From Octopus sinensis (taxonomy: Eukaryota), in the NCBI RefSeq assembly GCF_006345805.1, contig NW_021836444.1, forward strand, positions 1 through 24,272: a stretch of 24,272 nt of DNA. Reading direction: 5' to 3'. Shown here one piece after another: positions 20,502 to 24,272 of the stretch. The position numbers and the translations under genes are program-made. Every line of letters begins with the position of its first letter. Position 1 is the stretch's first letter. The notes under the pieces were generated by a model. That model saw only the letters and a list, made by a program, of their open reading frames with translations, did no database searches and was not told where the DNA came from.

Positions 20502-20703
20502 CCCATCCATTACTCTATTTTTAATGAATTAATTCTAAAAATATTTTGAAGAATTTAGTGAAATAACTAAGTCATTACTAAGCTGGTATTTTGGAACATA
20601 AATTGATATGAAATTTTCATAGGTTTTAATTTAGATCTCATTAAAACAAGAAGCTTGTGTCACAGGATCAGGGAAGGTTTCAGATGGATTGGCACCAAGA
20701 GGG
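20502..20703. mobile_element. piggyBac-type MITE (202 bp)
   Basis: TTAA|CCC...GGG|TTAA, with TTAA at 20498-20501 and 20704-20707: the diagnostic piggyBac TSD and termini. Inner TIR is degenerate. Confidence 0.65.
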
Positions 20704-21077
20704 TTAAGATGGTTTTCAACATACTGGATTCTAGCAGCTTTCTGCGACTGAGAGAAAGTATCAGTTATCTTCGATGGCCATTGCCATTAGATCTATCACT
20801 TTCACAGCAAAGGGAGTGGGAAATGTGCACTGCCTATGCCATTATAGAGCTTCATTGCTGGGGTCCGTTCTCCTTCAATGTGGTTCATGCCACTTAGATT
20901 TCAGGATCTTAGATCATTGCGATGATAATAGCTGTCAATGCTGCGGCGGGAGCATCATACAAGATAGCGACTGATAAACTGTTCTTGTGTTCTTACTATT
21001 GTCAGTAAAAGCCAAACACTAACATGCCCTTGCACATACATACACACACACACACGCACATACTTGCATATATGTAA

Positions 21078-21474
21078 GAGTGGCTGTGTGGTAAGTAGCT
21101 TGTTTACCAACCACATGGTTCCGGGTTCAGTCCCACTGCGTGACACCTTGGGCAAGCGTCTTCTACTATAGCCTCGGGTCGACCAAAGCCTTGTGAGTGA
21201 ATTTGGTAGACGGAAACTGAAAGAAGCCCGTCGTATATATGTATATATATATGCGTGTGCGTTTTTGTGTGTCTGTGTTTGTCCCCCTAGCATTGCTTGA
21301 CAACCGATGCTGGTGTGTTTATGTCCCCGTTACTTAGCGGTTCGGCAAAAGAGACCGATAGAATAAGTACTGGGCTTACAAAAGAATAAGTTCCGGGGTC
21401 GAGTGGCTCGATTAAAGGCGTTGCTCCAGCATGGCTGCAGTCAAATGACTGAAACAAGTAAAAGAGTAAAAGAG
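21078..21474 (+). mobile_element. SINE family A, full-length reference copy with a short internal (TA)/(TG) tract
   Basis: tRNA-like head (TGGCTGTGTGG / GGTTCAGTCCC), CORE-like GACACCTTGGGCAAG, internal microsatellite at about 21235-21275, tail (GTAAAAGA)2. Confidence 0.92.
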
Positions 21475-21586
21475 TATGTGTGTGTGTGTGTGTGCACGTG
21501 CGTGTGTGTGTGCGCGTGCGTGTGTGTATGCATATATACGAATGTGTGTATGTGAGTATACATGTGTGTGTGTGTGTACATTATCA

Positions 21587-21765
21587 TTTATCTTTTATTT
21601 GATTCAATTATTGGACTGTGGCCATACTGGGGCACCGCCTTCAAGGGTTTTAGTCGAATGAATTGACCCAGGTGCGTATTTTTTTTTAAACCTGGCACTC
21701 GTTCTGTCGGTCGTTTATGCCGATCCGCTCAGTTACAGGGACATAAAGAAGCTCGATTGTCGTAT
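21587..21765 (-). mobile_element. Diverged SINE family A, 3' part
   Basis: GGCCATACTGGGGCACCGCC..TTAGTCGA..TCAGTTACAGGGAC. Confidence 0.75.
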
Positions 21766-21789
21766 GGTAGTGGAGAGTTTCACACAAAC

Positions 21790-22116
21790 ACAAATACACA
21801 ATATGCATAACATACATACATACATACAACATACATACATTTACATACCTACATACATACATACATACATACCATACATACATCATAACATACAACATAC
21901 ATACATAGATACACACATACATACATACATGACATAAATCTACATATATACATAAACATACATACATACATACATACATAATACATACATACCTACAGAC
22001 ATACAACACCCCCCTACCATACATACAAATAGATATTTATATATATATATAATATATATTATATATATATATATATATATAATATATAGTATATATTATA
22101 ATATTATATATATATA
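21790..22116. repeat. (CATA)n and (TA)n microsatellites
   Basis: Direct. Confidence 0.92.
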
Positions 22117-22451
22117 TGAACACCCAAGAACCTCAATTTCATCACTAATTACTTCAGTCTACTGGAGGGATAAAGGTAGAATGAGGTAACTTGCCCTTGG
22201 CTGAAACAGCTGTAAGATATTTTTGTTCCCAATTTCTATTCCTGTCGTTATATATTAATAATTACTGGTATCTTTATTTTTTATATTATATATGTAAAGC
22301 ATAATATTTTATACATGATATGTATATTGTTGTAATTGTCAATTTAGTAAATAAACAAATATATTGATGTAATATGTCTAAAAGTTGATGAATACCACCT
22401 ATTGATCCCCCTCCATTTTCTTATTGCTCTCTCTCTATATATATATACTAT

Positions 22452-22640
22452 TTTTACTCTTTTACTTGTTTCAGTCATTTGACTGCGGCCATGCTGGAGC
22501 ACCGCCTTTAGTCGAGCAAATCGACCCCGGGACTTATTCTTTGGTCGGCCCGGAGCTATAGCAGAAGACACTTGCCCAAGATGCCACGCAGTGGGACTGA
22601 ACCCGGAACCATGTGGTTGGTTAGCAAGCTACTTACCACA
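22452..22640 (-). mobile_element. SINE family A with a central deletion
   Basis: The 3' and 5' parts are fused at CTTTG (22539-22543). Confidence 0.9.
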
Positions 22641-23042
22641 TACATATACATATATACATATACATACACATACAAACACACACACGCACGCGCGCGCGCG
22701 GCGGGTAACGATGGATTAACCATTAAACAAAATAAGCATGTGCTAAGAGCATCTAGGTAGCGGGGTACCACAGAAATAGTAAATGGTTTACGGCACAAAA
22801 CAAATCACTTTAAACCTGCTAAAATAATATTCGAGTTGCCTCATCTCGACAACGTATAGAAGCAGATGTATTACGTAAGATTAACTTTGAGGATTTAACC
22901 AAAGACATTTCAAATAAAAAAAAAAGGAAATAGGAGAAAACTTTTCAAATATAAATGGAAATATGCAAAAATAAGCATTATTTTCCCTCTTACTGTTAGG
23001 TTTGTTTCATTTTGAAAATTAAAAGTTTATTTTAAGGTTTAT

Positions 23043-23413
23043 TACTCTTTTACTTGTTTCAGTCATTTGACTGCAACCATGCTGGAGCATCGCCTTTAGT
23101 CGAACAAATCTTATTCTTTGTAAGCCTAGTACTTATTCTATCGGTTCTCTTTTGCCGAACTGCTAAGTTACGGGGCGTAAATACACCAGCATCGGTTGTC
23201 AAGCGATGTTGGGGAGACATACAAACACACACATATATATACATATATACGACGGGTTTTTTTCAGTTTCCGTCTACCAAATCCACTCACAAGGTTTGGG
23301 TCGGCCGGAGGCTATAGTAGAAGACACTTGCCCAAGGTGCCACGCAGTGGGAATAAACCCGGAACCATGTGGTTGGTAAGCAAGCTACTTACCAGACAGC
23401 CACTCCTGCGCCT
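23043..23413 (-). mobile_element. SINE family A, near full length
   Basis: Reverse complement matches 21078-21474. Confidence 0.92.
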
Positions 23414-23543
23414 GTTTATATTTTGAATAAGATATATATGTATATAGGGGTACCAGAGTCTTTTAAGTATTTAAGGCTCTGTGGGTCATAATCCGGCCCT
23501 GACGATAGCCGTCTTTCAGCTGTTGTCTTCGAAATCCAATAAG

Positions 23544-23657
23544 AAGGTTTTGGTCGGCCCGGGGCTATAGTAGAAGGCATTCGCCCCAGGTGCCACGCAT
23601 TGAGACTGAACCGAAAACCATGAGATTGAGAAGCTAACGTCTAACCACACAGCCACA
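23544..23657 (-). mobile_element. SINE family A, 5' fragment
   Basis: GGTCGGCCCGGGGCTATAGTAGAAG..GGTGCCACGCA..GACTGAACC..ACCACACAGCCAC. Confidence 0.8.
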
Positions 23658-23937
23658 CATATGTATGTATGTTTGTACGTATGTATGTATGATTACACAA
23701 GCGGTAACTATGAATTGAAATATTAGTGTTTTTATACCGGTTGTTGGCATTTATTAAGGGTAATGGAGCTGGTACTACGAGTATCCGGTACAATGTACCT
23801 ACACTTTTGTCGATTATTATCACTATCACTGTATCCGTCGCTGTGGCTACTACACCCCAAGGAATATGCTTCCGCTTCCGGTCTTAAAAAAGATAGCTAC
23901 AGAAAACTGGGCTGCTATTGGTCAAGGTTTGTCGCGC

Positions 23938-24012
23938 GCCCACACACACACACAGACGCACAGACGCACACACGTATATAGATGTATACAGGTATGTATG
24001 TGTGTGTGGATG

Positions 24013-24045
<33 letters not shown>

Positions 24046-24127
24046 TATGCATACATACATAGCATAACATACTACATACATATACATACATACACCATAC
24101 ATACTACATACATAATACATACATATA
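23938..24127. repeat. (CA)/(TA)/(CATA) microsatellites
   Basis: Direct. Confidence 0.9.
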
Positions 24128-24272
24128 AACCGTTGGGTAAGTAGAGTGCTAAACCCACACAACGTTTTGCCGTGGTTAAACCAGGATTTTCTTCACCTGA
24201 CGTGTTTCGGATAGTCTGGAATCCGACAGTGTTGATAGCCTAGAACTTGAGCTGAGTGCTTCATTGGAAATA

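Noticed and set aside
20710-20975. Cys-rich short ORFs
   Set aside because: No recognisable metal-binding spacing; stops occur in the minus frames and the plus-strand ORFs are short; no splice support.
23490-23545. CTGACGA...GAAAT hammerhead-like spacing
   Set aside because: Stem II is not adjacent to GAA and stem I does not pair.
118-24162. Dozens of ORFs in the track rich in [12 protein letters not shown] or poly-I/L/V/A
   Set aside because: They are translations of di-, tri- and tetranucleotide microsatellites or SINE sequence, with no domain-like content.

Overview
Eukaryotic, AT-rich, very repeat-dense non-coding DNA. The repeat families look like those of octopus genomes (my recognition, not a database result). 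I can support no intact protein-coding gene; almost all ORFs in the track are translated microsatellites. The window contains: (i) many microsatellites; (ii) about 25 copies or fragments of tRNA-derived SINEs (families labelled A-C here) plus an (AAT)n-tailed retroelement 3' segment (D); (iii) a decayed CR1/Jockey-type RT fragment (1450-2200); (iv) a piggyBac-type MITE, a Helentron-like element and a mariner-like TIR; (v) small ORF-less elements flanked by (TA)n that carry minimal type I hammerhead ribozyme (HHR) motifs. The four best HHR motifs (11543, 16979, 17176, 18446) fall into three variants with compensatory changes in stems I, II and III. One sits in the loop of an 89-bp inverted repeat, two form a tandem pair 200 nt apart, and the elements repeatedly lie inside the internal (TA)n tract of SINE family A. 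Together with a 2.3-unit partial tandem array (12390-14311) and a 99-bp inverted repeat, this resembles a community of non-autonomous Penelope-like/retrozyme-like elements. That class is known; the core variants and SINE-TA nesting are what may be new. All folds were done by eye and are untested.
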